From positions 62,001 through 126,000 of the IMG/VR virus record IMGVR_UViG_3300047472_000309: 64,000 nucleotides of DNA; one strand, 5' to 3'. Positions 46,953 to 57,297 of this stretch are shown here, piece by piece. Positions within the stretch are counted from its first letter, which is position 1. The number at the start of each line of letters is the position of its first letter. Below the pieces are notes generated by a model that was given only the letters and a program-made list of their open reading frames with translations, did no database searches and was not told where the DNA came from. A program made the position numbers and the translations under genes.

Positions 46953-48653
46953 TTAGTGAGACGCACTGAATTGACGGACCCGACTACCGTAGGGTTTCAG
47001 CTTGACCTGGGTGGAGTCCAGCAACTCAATGAGAGCCGGGTCGCGCAGCACGACACCCTTGGAGTCCGTATGCAGATGCGGATTCAAGCGTGCATGCCCG
47101 GAAGGATCACTCTTGGGCAGATTCGCATACCCGCCGACTTCACACACCGAAATGTGGATCTTCTTCGTCGGGTCACTGATTGCCGCGTTGTCCTTCCGCC
47201 CCGTTTGGCGACTGGAGCTCGTTTGCGGCACCAACTGGGCGGTCGTTTTGAACGCCTTGTTGTCGCCAGGACACGAAATCGTCGAGACCTCACCGTGCTT
47301 CTTGGTGATCGAGTACACCAGACCGGTCCGCAGCGTCTGGTTCATCATGGTCGTGATTTCTTTCGTGTTCAGTTCTTTCTTCGAAGCCGCCTTCAGCTTG
47401 AAGTAGAACTTGTTGATTTGCTTGGTGATTTCGTCGAGCACGTAATACAGCACCGACAATTCCTTGTCGTACATGCTACTGACGTGATCCCGCGCCGCGA
47501 GAATCCAGTCCTGGAAGTTCTCGAGCACAATACCGAAGAGCTGGTAAATGTCCTCGATCGGCATCCCGATGTCGCGGAACTTGATCTTCATCACCTCATC
47601 GATGTACTCATCCAGGCTACGGATGTGCTCAGCGATGTCGTCCTCCAGCTTACCTTCGGTGATGTTGCTGGAGAACAGCAGATGACCCATCAGAATCATC
47701 CACAAGGCACGCTCCCGAGGCTTGGGTGCATCGATCGTGCCCAGATACTTCGGCTGGACGCGGCTCGGGAAGTGATCGACGATGTAGAAGAACCCACACA
47801 CCAGGTTTTTGACCATCGGCGTGTAATCCTCCCGGCGGATAGCCAGGCGTATCGTCGTCGGCGTATACTGCTTAAGCGTATACGTGCGCGCAGGCCGCGT
47901 GTGGGTGTTGGTCTTCACGATCACCCAGTCGCTTGGCGGATACTCCGCTTCGCTAATGGTGCTCGCATCCCCCACGATCGGCACGGTGCCGCCGAAGCGC
48001 TGGAACATTTCCGCAAATCCATACTTACACAGCAAGTAGTGAACGAGCGTGGTGTTCGCTTTGATGACCGGCTTAAGCTTTTGCATCTTCTGGTTCTTGT
48101 TGTACACCAAGGACCAGGCCACGTGAACTGTCTCACGGAAATCCCGCCCCGTGACATCGTTCGCGAGATAATGCTGCTGCTCGCGCTGGAACGTCAGCTT
48201 CGCGCGGATGAGCTTCACGAAGATGGAATCCTCCCCCTTCGAGATTACTCGGTCGGCCAAAATCGGCGAGATCACAAAGCGTGAGCCGCCGAGATAAATC
48301 ACCCCAGCATCGGACACAAACGGGAGATACATGTACCGCTTGATTTCCTCCGTCTTACCGTTCTTGTCGGTATGGCGAAAGATGTACTTCATCATGTAAA
48401 TGTCCGACCTGGCCACATCGAACATCCGTTTGTTGTTCTTCTTCCGAGTTGCCTCGTCGAATTCCTCTTGTGGGGTACAGCGCTCTCCTCTCACATAGGT
48501 GAAGCCATCCGGAAAGCCTTTAGCCACGGCTCGGAATACCGAGTCAACCCAGCCTTCAGCTTCCTGCATGTGCTTCTGTGCCAAGCCGCCCGCCAAATCC
48601 GGATTCAATTTGGGGGTGTGTTGATCAATTAGCCGAGAAAGTTCGCGGTCCAT
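46953..48653 (-). CDS. Non-virion RNA polymerase beta-like subunit, N-terminal piece (phiKZ gp123-like)
   Basis: YLPFV..AG.IYLGGSRFVISPIL.D matches the RpoB N-terminal region; C-terminal IHIS..EVG....PKSDPSG..RLNP. Confidence 0.85.
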   Translation of the reverse strand: MDRELSRLIDQHTPKLNPDLAGGLAQKHMQEAEGWVDSVFRAVAKGFPDGFTYVRGERCTPQEEFDEATRKKNNKRMFDVARSDIYMMKYIFRHTDKNGKTEEIKRYMYLPFVSDAGVIYLGGSRFVISPILADRVISKGEDSIFVKLIRAKLTFQREQQHYLANDVTGRDFRETVHVAWSLVYNKNQKMQKLKPVIKANTTLVHYLLCKYGFAEMFQRFGGTVPIVGDASTISEAEYPPSDWVIVKTNTHTRPARTYTLKQYTPTTIRLAIRREDYTPMVKNLVCGFFYIVDHFPSRVQPKYLGTIDAPKPRERALWMILMGHLLFSSNITEGKLEDDIAEHIRSLDEYIDEVMKIKFRDIGMPIEDIYQLFGIVLENFQDWILAARDHVSSMYDKELSVLYYVLDEITKQINKFYFKLKAASKKELNTKEITTMMNQTLRTGLVYSITKKHGEVSTISCPGDNKAFKTTAQLVPQTSSSRQTGRKDNAAISDPTKKIHISVCEVGGYANLPKSDPSGHARLNPHLHTDSKGVVLRDPALIELLDSTQVKLKPYGSRVRQFSASH

Positions 48654-48708
48654 TCGCTTTGGTCAATCCTATCAAACTTGCGCATTTAACTGCATCCTCT
48701 TAGCATCA

Positions 48709-49947
48709 CTAGCTGCTCTTGCCGAACAGTTTCATGACGATTGGGATGGCTGCCCCGATTCCGACTATGATTGTCGGTAACATCTTTACTACTTCACTGC
48801 GGTCTTTCCTGTCCAAGCTGCGCTCCTCGTAGCGGTCCTTCATCCTCAGCTTCTCAAGCGCTAAGAAGTGCTCGATACGCTTTCGCTCCTCTTCCAACTC
48901 AGACTCTCGGCGCTCGCGCTTAAAGTCTGCCTCCTTCTGAAGAGCTTCGGCGTGCTTCAGTTTGAACTCCCACTCACTAATTTCTAGCGCATGCTGCTGC
49001 TTCAGCTGATCGTTCTCTCGCCGAAGGTGAGCGGTGGCATGCTCGATCTCTGCTAACTCCCGTTTCCGGGCGCCAGACAGATCACCCAAATGCTCAGCCT
49101 CCTCGTAACTCTTAAAGAGGCCGTACTGGTCTTGATCCGGGCTATCGAGCGGAAGGAACTTGACTGTGTACTCACCGGGCTGAAAGACGCCTGTGTCCGG
49201 TGTGCTTGAGCCAATGTAGATTCCATTGCGTCGGGTCGGGTCACGAATCGGTCGAACACGATACACTGTGTTCACGATGTTCAGAAAGCGGTCACCAAAC
49301 CTGCCGGTGTTATCCACAATCTCTACACAGTAACCGAAGCTCGAGCCTCCTACCCGTACTGGCGTGTCCACCATCATCTTTGCATTGCGGCCTGCCTCGC
49401 TGTAGGGGTGTAACGGCGCGGCCTGCACACTTAGCAAACTGATCACCAAGTCCGATTCGTGATGATACACGCTTCGACCGTGGCTCTTGATTTGCTCTAC
49501 ACTGATTGGGTGGTCCAGTATTAATTTTGCAGGGGCATAAAACCCCTGTTTTTCGTCAGATTCCTGGAGCGCTCTCTTGAGCAACTGCAGCTCTTGAGAC
49601 GAGCGATCATCAACTCCATTTAATACTGCGCGCACGTTTTCTTTTACTTCTGCAGAAATCGCCCACTCAGCCCGTATGACAAAGCCGCTGCTGCGAAAGC
49701 TGGGTTTAGGGGGAATGGAGACCCTAAGACCAGACCTTTGCACCACCGTGATCGGCACACTGGTGTTGTTGATGAAGGAAACCCGACGACACGCATGAAT
49801 CAAATTCCCACCCCATGCCTCGCCCACGGCGTCGCCAGGCGCGACGTCACCGAAGAACGTCGGACTGCTCATCGGGGGATAAGACATAAGTCCCTCTACT
49901 GCGTGAAAGTTAAGCCGAGTACATCGCATCTCAGCTGGCCTATTCAT
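48709..49947 (-). CDS. Hypothetical protein with C-terminal coiled coil and hydrophobic tail
   Basis: ORF between the capsid and nvRNAP genes; start uncertain (49947 or about 49887). Confidence 0.7.
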   Translation of the reverse strand: MNRPAEMRCTRLNFHAVEGLMSYPPMSSPTFFGDVAPGDAVGEAWGGNLIHACRRVSFINNTSVPITVVQRSGLRVSIPPKPSFRSSGFVIRAEWAISAEVKENVRAVLNGVDDRSSQELQLLKRALQESDEKQGFYAPAKLILDHPISVEQIKSHGRSVYHHESDLVISLLSVQAAPLHPYSEAGRNAKMMVDTPVRVGGSSFGYCVEIVDNTGRFGDRFLNIVNTVYRVRPIRDPTRRNGIYIGSSTPDTGVFQPGEYTVKFLPLDSPDQDQYGLFKSYEEAEHLGDLSGARKRELAEIEHATAHLRRENDQLKQQHALEISEWEFKLKHAEALQKEADFKRERRESELEEERKRIEHFLALEKLRMKDRYEERSLDRKDRSEVVKMLPTIIVGIGAAIPIVMKLFGKSS

Positions 49948-49958
49948 TCTGATGCCAG

Positions 49959-49971
49959 TTTAGTAATATGT
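49959..49971 (-). promoter_or_regulatory. Putative early promoter, CATATTAC
   Basis: Minus strand ACATATTACTAAA matches the 4032-4044 motif; lies upstream of the nvRNAP-subunit operon. Confidence 0.5.
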
Positions 49972-49992
49972 AATTGAAAGAATCTTGAGCAG

Positions 49993-50331
49993 CGGCATAA
50001 TAGCCGAGGCTTGCGCCTCGGCGTCTATGACGGCATAAAACACCCAGCGAGGGTAGCTGGTTAGGCTACCCCCACCTTCGGAGACATCAAGGAGTTCCGT
50101 TGCCAGTTCCCCTCAATAGATATCCTAACGCAGTAAGGAATTACGGCCAGCAGTTTTGACGCCATCGACTCACCTTCTGAAGGGCAGGCAAGAACGGCAT
50201 AAAGCCCAAGGTTTCCCTCGGGCCTCATGTTTGCAAACGGTGCTGCCCATGTTCCCATGGGTGTTGTGCCTGGCCATGTAACCATAGACAGCATAAATAG
50301 ACCTCGCCCAGGACTCCCTGGGCGAGACCTA
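49993..50331 (-). terminator. Four tandem hairpin-TATGC(C/T)G elements downstream of the major capsid gene
   Basis: cggcata at 49993, 50031 and 50195 and cagcata at 50289, each adjacent to a GC-rich hairpin. Confidence 0.7.
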
Positions 50332-50425
50332 CACAGCCCCAACAGCTGCACCGACGCATGGCTCAAGGCTAACCTGAGTAGATCTGAAATCCACCCAGGT
50401 CAGTTACATCAACCAAGCGTGTTCT

Positions 50426-52630
50426 TCACGACACCGTGTGCATGTTGACCGCAACCTTCGCCGTCACCACGTCTTCGATGCCGCTCACGTCGATCGAACC
50501 CATGATCGGCAGGTTCACGACGTGCAGGAACGACGGCTGGACCGTGATTTCCTTGCTGTTCGCGCCGTTGCGGTGCAGCGGGAGAATCAGCGTCAGTTCC
50601 GGCTTCCATGCCATGTTGCCGAAGTGCATCGGGTTCGGCACGCCTTCCTTGCCTTCACCGAATTCGCCGAACGACATGCGGATCTTGCCGCGCATGTTGA
50701 TGTTCAGCGTCGACACGATCTTCACGTTGAAGTCGTTGCCGAGCGTACGGAAGTCGCCCGTGACTTGCAGGTAACGCGCGATGACCGGGTCCGTACCGAT
50801 GATGACGGTCGGCGTAGCAGCGATGCCGCCAGCCAGTGCGTCTGCAGCAGCCTTGTAGCCCGAGTCGCGGTACATGCGGTAAGCCATGTCGCGCAGGATG
50901 TTGATCAGCGAGGCCTGGATGTCGGCCGCACGCTCGTGCGACTTGATCGAGTCCACCACCGCCGGTGCGTTGTAGTCTTGGTGCTCGTAGAACGGAGTCA
51001 CCAGGAAACGCGCCACGCCGAGGATTTCCGGATCGCCTTGATACAGACCACCGTTGGCCGTGACCAGTTCCTTCAGCGCCGTTTCGACGTCCAGCAGCTT
51101 CGCCACTGCAGCGTTCGACGTACGGATGTGCGTTGCCGTGATCAGTGCAGCCAGATCGCTTGCGTCGTTCTGGTCACCCAGCGTCAGCGGACGCGGAATC
51201 GTGATCGGCGACAGCAGCGGCACGCCGTAAACCATGTTGTAGAACGTGAGGTCGAGCAGCTGACCGCGTTCACGACGGTTCGTGTTGGTGCGACGTGCGT
51301 CGAGGTCGTAACCGACGATCGATGCGCCAGCCAGCGCCGTAGCGATGGTTGCGCCTGCGCCCGTGGTCGGGTCGACGATGTTGCCGTCTTCGTCACGGAT
51401 TTCGTAGATCGACACTTGACCAGCCGACAGTTGCGTGTCAGCGAGTTCGAGGTTCACGTTGCCGAACACTTGCACCGACAGCTTGACTTCGTAGTTGCCT
51501 TGCACGATCGGCGCGAGCACCGTCGAAGCCGAGCCGTCGGCCTTCTTCGTGTTCACGTTCAGCACGAGCGCGTTGCTGATGAAGTTCAGCGTCATCAGAC
51601 GGTAGTTGTTCTGCACCGAGTACGTGAACGTGCCCGATTGCATGTTGGCAACCGACTTGAACTTGATGACTTCGGCCGAGCCGCCCGAGCCGACTTGCAG
51701 GTACAGCGAGCTCAGCTTGATCGCCGGGTCGATTGCGTCGGTCGAATCCAGCATGCCGGTTTCGAGCAGCGCGTCGGTTTGCGAGATGCCGAGCAGCGAG
51801 AACGACTTGCCGATCGCGAGCGGCGCCGTCTTGATCGACACGCCTTCGTGTTCGATGTCCGCAGCCGGAACCAGGCCGGTCGCGACGAAATTCGCTGCGC
51901 TTTCCGGACGGTAGACCGGGACGATCTTCGAGAGGTCGTTGCGCAGGATGGTCGGGTCGATCAGGGCCTGGATGATGTTCTTCTTGCCGAAGTTCTTGCT
52001 CAACGCGCCGTCGATGGTGCGACGAACTTCGTCGTACACTTGCACGAGGCGAATCGACACGGTGTAGCCGTACTGGTCCGGCGTGACGACGACGGTCGGG
52101 AAGAATGCTTCGCCGAATTCGTCTTGACGTGCTGCTTGCAGGTTGTACGCCACCGAGTACACGGTAGCCGACTTCGTTTCACGCTCGTCGTAGGCTTCGA
52201 GCGCCTTCGACTGACGGTGATCCATCGCGCCGTTGCCCATCGCGGGGATGAACGTGTGGCCTTCGAGCGAAACCTTGCGTGCGACCGGTGCCTTCAGGAA
52301 GCCAGCCATGTCGCCCGCGACGATTGCCGCGACCAGACCTGCTTGCTTTTGCGCGACGGTGTGCTTGCCCTTGATCAGGCCGTCGTTCGCGTTCAGTTCA
52401 GCCGCGAATTGCGAGCTGATCGATTCGAGCGACGTCTTCAGACCCTTCACCGAGCCTTCGAGTTCGAGCTGCGTGGTTGCGTCGAGCGATTCCATCGCGA
52501 CGACGGACGATGCCAGGCGCTTTTCGATGTGCGGGCCGCTGCGGTTGACAGCATGTTGGACCTTCGCAACCAGCGAGTTGATCGTGCCGTCCTGGCCAGC
52601 GTTGCCGATTTGATACAGTTTGGAAGACAT
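50426..52630 (-). CDS. Major capsid protein (phiKZ gp120-like)
   Basis: 734 aa; propeptide with AME/SLE/SLE/ALE sites; YN..AARQDEFGEAFFPTVV; extreme codon bias. Confidence 0.9.
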   Translation of the reverse strand: MSSKLYQIGNAGQDGTINSLVAKVQHAVNRSGPHIEKRLASSVVAMESLDATTQLELEGSVKGLKTSLESISSQFAAELNANDGLIKGKHTVAQKQAGLVAAIVAGDMAGFLKAPVARKVSLEGHTFIPAMGNGAMDHRQSKALEAYDERETKSATVYSVAYNLQAARQDEFGEAFFPTVVVTPDQYGYTVSIRLVQVYDEVRRTIDGALSKNFGKKNIIQALIDPTILRNDLSKIVPVYRPESAANFVATGLVPAADIEHEGVSIKTAPLAIGKSFSLLGISQTDALLETGMLDSTDAIDPAIKLSSLYLQVGSGGSAEVIKFKSVANMQSGTFTYSVQNNYRLMTLNFISNALVLNVNTKKADGSASTVLAPIVQGNYEVKLSVQVFGNVNLELADTQLSAGQVSIYEIRDEDGNIVDPTTGAGATIATALAGASIVGYDLDARRTNTNRRERGQLLDLTFYNMVYGVPLLSPITIPRPLTLGDQNDASDLAALITATHIRTSNAAVAKLLDVETALKELVTANGGLYQGDPEILGVARFLVTPFYEHQDYNAPAVVDSIKSHERAADIQASLINILRDMAYRMYRDSGYKAAADALAGGIAATPTVIIGTDPVIARYLQVTGDFRTLGNDFNVKIVSTLNINMRGKIRMSFGEFGEGKEGVPNPMHFGNMAWKPELTLILPLHRNGANSKEITVQPSFLHVVNLPIMGSIDVSGIEDVVTAKVAVNMHTVS

Positions 52631-52679
52631 CTTTTGTTTCCCTTGAGTTAAACGAAGTTGCTATTGGGGCTGAAACCGT

Positions 52680-53249
52680 TTAGGCCGCCACTGCTACTTT
52701 TTTCTTGGACAGCAGTTGCAGCCAACGCTTGAACCAAGGTGTTCGAGCCACCTCGTTAGGCGGTGTGTACACATACAATGCTTTTAGAATTGCTTCCACC
52801 GTAGCGAGGTAGAGCTCATCGGGAGCACTGGCAGTATAGAAGCCCGGACTAATGACCATCGCGCCAACGGCAGGAGCTATGTCATAGTAATTAAAAGGTT
52901 CACTGTGACGCTCGGTGCGACTGTCTTCGCCAAACAAGCGATCTTTCGCGTCCTTGACGAACGACTCATCGCAGGTTAGCGGGATGACCGTGTTCTGGTA
53001 AAAGGTTCGGCTCTCCTCCGTACGAAGTGATTCATACCACGCCTGGTGGATTCCCCAGGTCCCAATGTGAAGATCACCACCCACAAGATGGGTAGCAAAT
53101 TCTTGCACAATCAGGAGGCCAGCCATATCAGCAGGCGCACAAACACGACGGATCTTCTCGAAATCGAGCATGTCCGCCAAATTCATCTTGTTACGATGAA
53201 TGGAATCGGCGATCCAGTAAGGGACCACCACAATCTTTTTTTCGGCCAC
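52680..53249 (-). CDS. Hypothetical protein upstream of the capsid gene
   Basis: GTG at 53249 with GGGAG RBS. Confidence 0.65.
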   Translation of the reverse strand: MAEKKIVVVPYWIADSIHRNKMNLADMLDFEKIRRVCAPADMAGLLIVQEFATHLVGGDLHIGTWGIHQAWYESLRTEESRTFYQNTVIPLTCDESFVKDAKDRLFGEDSRTERHSEPFNYYDIAPAVGAMVISPGFYTASAPDELYLATVEAILKALYVYTPPNEVARTPWFKRWLQLLSKKKVAVAA

Positions 53250-53463
53250 GGTTGATGCTCCCAATGATGGGTCAGATGTTAATTTTGAAGCCGTGTGCCT
53301 AGAGTATGTACAGGGGACGAAGCAGATCCCTCGACAGCAGGCATACGCAAGAATTCCTTTACCCGAGATTAGTCGTTCTGCCACAACATAATCATTTTCA
53401 TAGAGATGATAGTGGTTGACGGGGACCAAGCCTCTTGGGGATAACTACCATTAACGCGCAGAA

Positions 53464-55017
53464 ATGAATAACCGACTCCTTTTGGTGAATGCAATCACCC
53501 TGCTTTACCGCGAAAGTCAATTGCCACCGACGATGGAGCGTAGCCAGAATCTGGTCCGCAACATTGTGTCCACCATCAAGATGCCTGAGGTGAACCTCAC
53601 GCTTGATCCTGAAACCGAGACGCTTGCGGGTCTGAAGAGCTGCGCACTGGCAATGTGCGACACGCCGCAGGACCATCAGTACGAGCCGCTCGAAATCATG
53701 CAGCGCATGAAGGTGGTCTGTGGGGAAGACCAAGCGATGTATGAAGCGTTTGAACAAGGTATTAGCTCGGAGCTGCAAGAAGGCTCGCTGAAGCGTACCT
53801 GCCTGAACATCCGCCGTACGTTGCAGAATTACTTCCGCGAAGAGAAGGTCAAAGAGATCTTGCACCGCGCAGGCGTCGCGGTGAAGTTCAACCGTGAGAA
53901 CATCACGGACATGAAGCAGTTCGTCGCCGAAGTGTGTGCCGAGCTGGAGCCCTATCAGCAAGATGCCGTCACCAAAGATCCGGCGATTGTCTCACACGTC
54001 TCGTTTAGCAACCTGGACTCGATGGCCGAAGTGTTTAAGGACATTCAGCAAGAGTCCAACGGTAACTCGATTTTGCGCACCGGCTGGCAGGGCATTAACC
54101 GCATGCTGCGCGGAGGCTTCCGCCGTGGCGAGCAGGTGGTGATCGGCGCGCTGCAGCACAAGTACAAAACGGGCTTTACGCTGTCGATCTTCAAACACCT
54201 GGCACTCTACAATGTGCCGGAGATGATTGATCCGACCAAGAAGCCCTTGCTGTTGCGGATTTCGTTTGAGGACGACATCAACAACAACATGCGTTTCCTG
54301 TATACGTCGCTCAAGGAAAACGAGACCGGCGTCGCGGTGACTGATAAGGAACTCGAAGGGGCAGATCCGCAAGAGATTGCGGCGTACGTGAAGGAGAAGA
54401 TGGGGGTCAATGGTTATCACATTGACATGCTGCGGGTGGACCCGACCAAGTGGTCGTACATGGACATCTGCAACAAGCTCATCGAGTACGAAGCGGACGG
54501 CTACGAAATCCATGCGCTCATCGTCGACTACCTGTACATGGTGCCGACCACCGGTTGCTCGCAAGGCCCGGCCGGTCACGACGTGCGCGACATGTTCCGT
54601 CGGATGCGTAACTTCACCAACCCGCGCAAGATCACCTTTATCACGCCGCACCAGCTCTCCACCGAAGCCAAGCAATTGGTGCGCGACGGCAAGACCGACT
54701 TCGTGAAGGAAATCGCGAACAAGGGCTACTACGCCGGTAGCCGTCAGATTGACCAGGAAGTGGATCTGGAACTCTACATTCACATTGAAATCGTGAATGG
54801 CCAGTCCTGGCTCACGGTGCAACGCGGTAAGCACCGGATTGTGGGACAGACCCCGTTGATTGATCAGTACTGCGTGCTACCCTTCCAACCGGTTGGGGGT
54901 ATTCTGGACGATCTGAACGGGCCGGACACGACGCGCCGTAAGGTGGGCGGGGGTCCGATTGGTAGTACCGATGAAACGCCGTGGTTTGCAGCGCTGGATG
55001 ACCCTTTGCAACTCTAA
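53464..55017 (+). CDS. dnaB: DnaB-like replicative helicase (phiKZ gp118-like)
   Basis: TGWQGINRML.GGFRRGE, variant Walker A GALQHKYKT, ISFE, IVDYL, HQLS, IDQEVD, RGKHR. Confidence 0.88.
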   Translation: MNNRLLLVNAITLLYRESQLPPTMERSQNLVRNIVSTIKMPEVNLTLDPETETLAGLKSCALAMCDTPQDHQYEPLEIMQRMKVVCGEDQAMYEAFEQGISSELQEGSLKRTCLNIRRTLQNYFREEKVKEILHRAGVAVKFNRENITDMKQFVAEVCAELEPYQQDAVTKDPAIVSHVSFSNLDSMAEVFKDIQQESNGNSILRTGWQGINRMLRGGFRRGEQVVIGALQHKYKTGFTLSIFKHLALYNVPEMIDPTKKPLLLRISFEDDINNNMRFLYTSLKENETGVAVTDKELEGADPQEIAAYVKEKMGVNGYHIDMLRVDPTKWSYMDICNKLIEYEADGYEIHALIVDYLYMVPTTGCSQGPAGHDVRDMFRRMRNFTNPRKITFITPHQLSTEAKQLVRDGKTDFVKEIANKGYYAGSRQIDQEVDLELYIHIEIVNGQSWLTVQRGKHRIVGQTPLIDQYCVLPFQPVGGILDDLNGPDTTRRKVGGGPIGSTDETPWFAALDDPLQL

Positions 55018-55023
55018 CTGTTT

Positions 55024-55049
55024 CCCTGTAGTACCTCCCCTGTAGTACC
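55024..55049 (+). repeat. 12-bp direct repeat
   Basis: ccctgtagtacc at 55024 and 55038. Confidence 0.8.
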
Positions 55050-55106
55050 GCTAGGTGTGACACTTGGGCCTGACCAGCCCAGGTGTTGCCCTAGCCTTTT
55101 ATGCCG
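55050..55106 (+). terminator. Hairpin + TTTTATGCCG element
   Basis: gctagg..acacttgggc..gcccaggtgt..cctagc ctt ttatgccg. Confidence 0.7.
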
Positions 55107-55192
55107 CTCCAATGCCAGTAAAAGAATCGAGCCGAAATAGTTATGAATCCATTTTTGGTCCGCTAACTATACACCGACTCTCAGGGGTGCGA

Positions 55193-57286
55193 ATGTTCTC
55201 CGGTTTTAAACGCCTAATCGGCTCCATCGACGTCTTCGAGGATGAAAAACTCATCCATATCGAAGGCTTGCCTGCCGATGTGATTGCCCGCGACATCACG
55301 AAAATCTGGTCTACCAGCAAGATCGCGATGTTCATGTTCACCAAGATGGGACGCTCAAGCGTTGCGTTCAACAAGTTCTTTGCCCCTGACATCGTCTACA
55401 CCTTTGAGACGATCATCAAGCTGCGTAGCCGCAACTATAATAACCGCGCGCTGCAAAAGATCGTCGACCTGATGTACGAGAACACCTGGCTCAAGAGCGT
55501 GCGGGAAGCCTCGCACCCAGCCATTCTGGATTTCAGCCAGCTCGATGAACTGAATGTGAACCTGCTGCCCCATCAGGCAGAGTTCCTCCAGCTCTATAAC
55601 GAGATGGTGCCGCGCATGAAGTTGAAAGGCTATGTGCTGGCCGCCGCCCCTGGCTCGGGTAAGACCATTAACTCGATTGCGCTCGGCTGTGTACTGAATG
55701 CCGATGTGTTTATCGAGCTGGTACCGAAGCCCGCGGTGGATGAGGTGTGGGATAAGACGCTGCGCACCCTCTTTAAGAAGCCGGAGAATCACAAGTACTG
55801 GACCACGCTCTCCGGTAAGCCGCTTGAGTGGGGTTATCGCCACTACGTGTTCCACTACGAGCAGCTCCCAAAGGCGATCGAGTTCTTCAAGCAACACCAG
55901 CACAAGCTCCGTAAGCCGTTCATGATCGTGGACGAGTCCCACAACCTGAATGAGCTCGATAGCCTGCGCACGAACCTGTGGATCGATCTGTGCAAGGTAA
56001 CTGACTGCCAGCACGTGCTGCCGATGTCCGGTACGCCGATGAAAGCCATCGGGGCGGAAGCGATTCCGATTCTCACGGTGCTGTGCACGGACTTTAATCA
56101 GGACGCCCAGTTGCGCTTTAAGGAGATCTTCGGTAAGAACTCCGTGCGCGCGAACGACATTCTGCGTAACCGCCTTGGACAGATGATGTACAAGGTCGAC
56201 AATGTGGTGGATAACAACCGCAAGGAGATCCAGAAGAACATTGAGATGCCCAATGGTGGTGTCTATACGCTTGACGCGGTGAAGGACGTCATGAAGGCGT
56301 TCATTACCGAGCGCATGGCCTACTACCAGGCGAACTTCAAGGGCTTCCAGAACATCTACTACACGGCCTGTGGGATCTACGAACGCACCCTGCGTGATGG
56401 TCCTGCCAAGAACGAGTACAAGAAGTACCAGGGCTACATCAGCCAGATCATCCAAGGGTACGACCCGAAGACGATGAAGGACATGGTGATGTTCTGTAAC
56501 AAGTTCGAGAAGCAGAAGATCGCCCCGTGCTTGCCACGCGACCTGAAGATCTCGTTCCTGGATGCCCGCTCGGTGGTGAAGTACATGGACTTGAAAGTCC
56601 AGGGTGAAGCCTTGGGTCGGATTTTGGGTAAGCTACGTGCGCAGTGTCACGTCGACATGCTGTCCTACGTGGGGATGCCGGAGCTCATTGATGGCTCGAT
56701 GTCCAAGACGCTGATTTTCACGTCCTACGTGAATGTGGTCAAAGCCGCGGATGAGTATCTGCAGAAGGAAGGCTATCAGCCCTTGCTCGTCTACGGCGAA
56801 ACCAACAAGGACCTGAAGGGCATCATCAAGCGCTTTGATGAGGACGAGGATCTGAACCCACTGATTGCAACCTTCGATTCCTTGTCGACTGCCGTGCCGG
56901 TGCTTTCCGCGTCGACCATGATCAACCTGAACGCGCCGTTTCGGGACTACGAGTACAAGCAGGCGATTGCACGGATCGATCGGATTGGTCAGAAGTTCCC
57001 CTGCACGATCTGGAATGTGTTTCTGGATACCAAGGGTGTGCCCAACATCTCGACACGCTCGAACGACATCCTGAACTGGTCACGGGAAATGGTCGATTCG
57101 ATCATGGGCACGAGTAGCGCTGGGTTGGATCTGGCGCTGGAAGCCTTCAGCTTGCAACAGAAGGCCGATCGGTACGAGCTGGCGATGGAAACGTTTAACG
57201 ACGGGGGTACCGAAGGCGACGACGAGAAGGTCGAGACTGGTAGTATCATCGTTCAACCCAACTGGATGTCCTGGTCATCTAACTAA
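55193..57286 (+). CDS. SF2 (SNF2-like) helicase, probably virion-packaged
   Basis: APGSGKT, IVDESHN, MSGTP, QAIARIDRIGQ; C-terminal ALE/AME sites; start MFSGF at 55193. Confidence 0.88.
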   Translation: MFSGFKRLIGSIDVFEDEKLIHIEGLPADVIARDITKIWSTSKIAMFMFTKMGRSSVAFNKFFAPDIVYTFETIIKLRSRNYNNRALQKIVDLMYENTWLKSVREASHPAILDFSQLDELNVNLLPHQAEFLQLYNEMVPRMKLKGYVLAAAPGSGKTINSIALGCVLNADVFIELVPKPAVDEVWDKTLRTLFKKPENHKYWTTLSGKPLEWGYRHYVFHYEQLPKAIEFFKQHQHKLRKPFMIVDESHNLNELDSLRTNLWIDLCKVTDCQHVLPMSGTPMKAIGAEAIPILTVLCTDFNQDAQLRFKEIFGKNSVRANDILRNRLGQMMYKVDNVVDNNRKEIQKNIEMPNGGVYTLDAVKDVMKAFITERMAYYQANFKGFQNIYYTACGIYERTLRDGPAKNEYKKYQGYISQIIQGYDPKTMKDMVMFCNKFEKQKIAPCLPRDLKISFLDARSVVKYMDLKVQGEALGRILGKLRAQCHVDMLSYVGMPELIDGSMSKTLIFTSYVNVVKAADEYLQKEGYQPLLVYGETNKDLKGIIKRFDEDEDLNPLIATFDSLSTAVPVLSASTMINLNAPFRDYEYKQAIARIDRIGQKFPCTIWNVFLDTKGVPNISTRSNDILNWSREMVDSIMGTSSAGLDLALEAFSLQQKADRYELAMETFNDGGTEGDDEKVETGSIIVQPNWMSWSSN

Positions 57287-57297
57287 GAGAGCAAAAC

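Noticed and set aside
49993-50331. Possible CRISPR-like mini-array
   Set aside because: Only a 7-nt motif recurs; hairpins and spacings differ; no cas genes in the window
50061-50366. 101-aa minus-strand ORF downstream of the capsid gene
   Set aside because: It runs through several hairpin elements, with no RBS and no coding-like composition
50438-52651. 737-aa plus-strand ORF antisense to the capsid gene (likewise 25550-28009, 28135-29946, 35684-37921, 44888-46888, 14859-16457, 61016-62686)
   Set aside because: Shadow ORFs: the strong codon bias of the real genes avoids TTA/CTA/TCA, so the antisense frame lacks stops. The translations are R/V/H/D-rich with no motifs or RBS.
55064-55192. 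Upstream extension of the SF2 helicase ORF
   Set aside because: It overlaps the hairpin-TATGCCG element; ATG 55193 has a plausible RBS (AGGGG)
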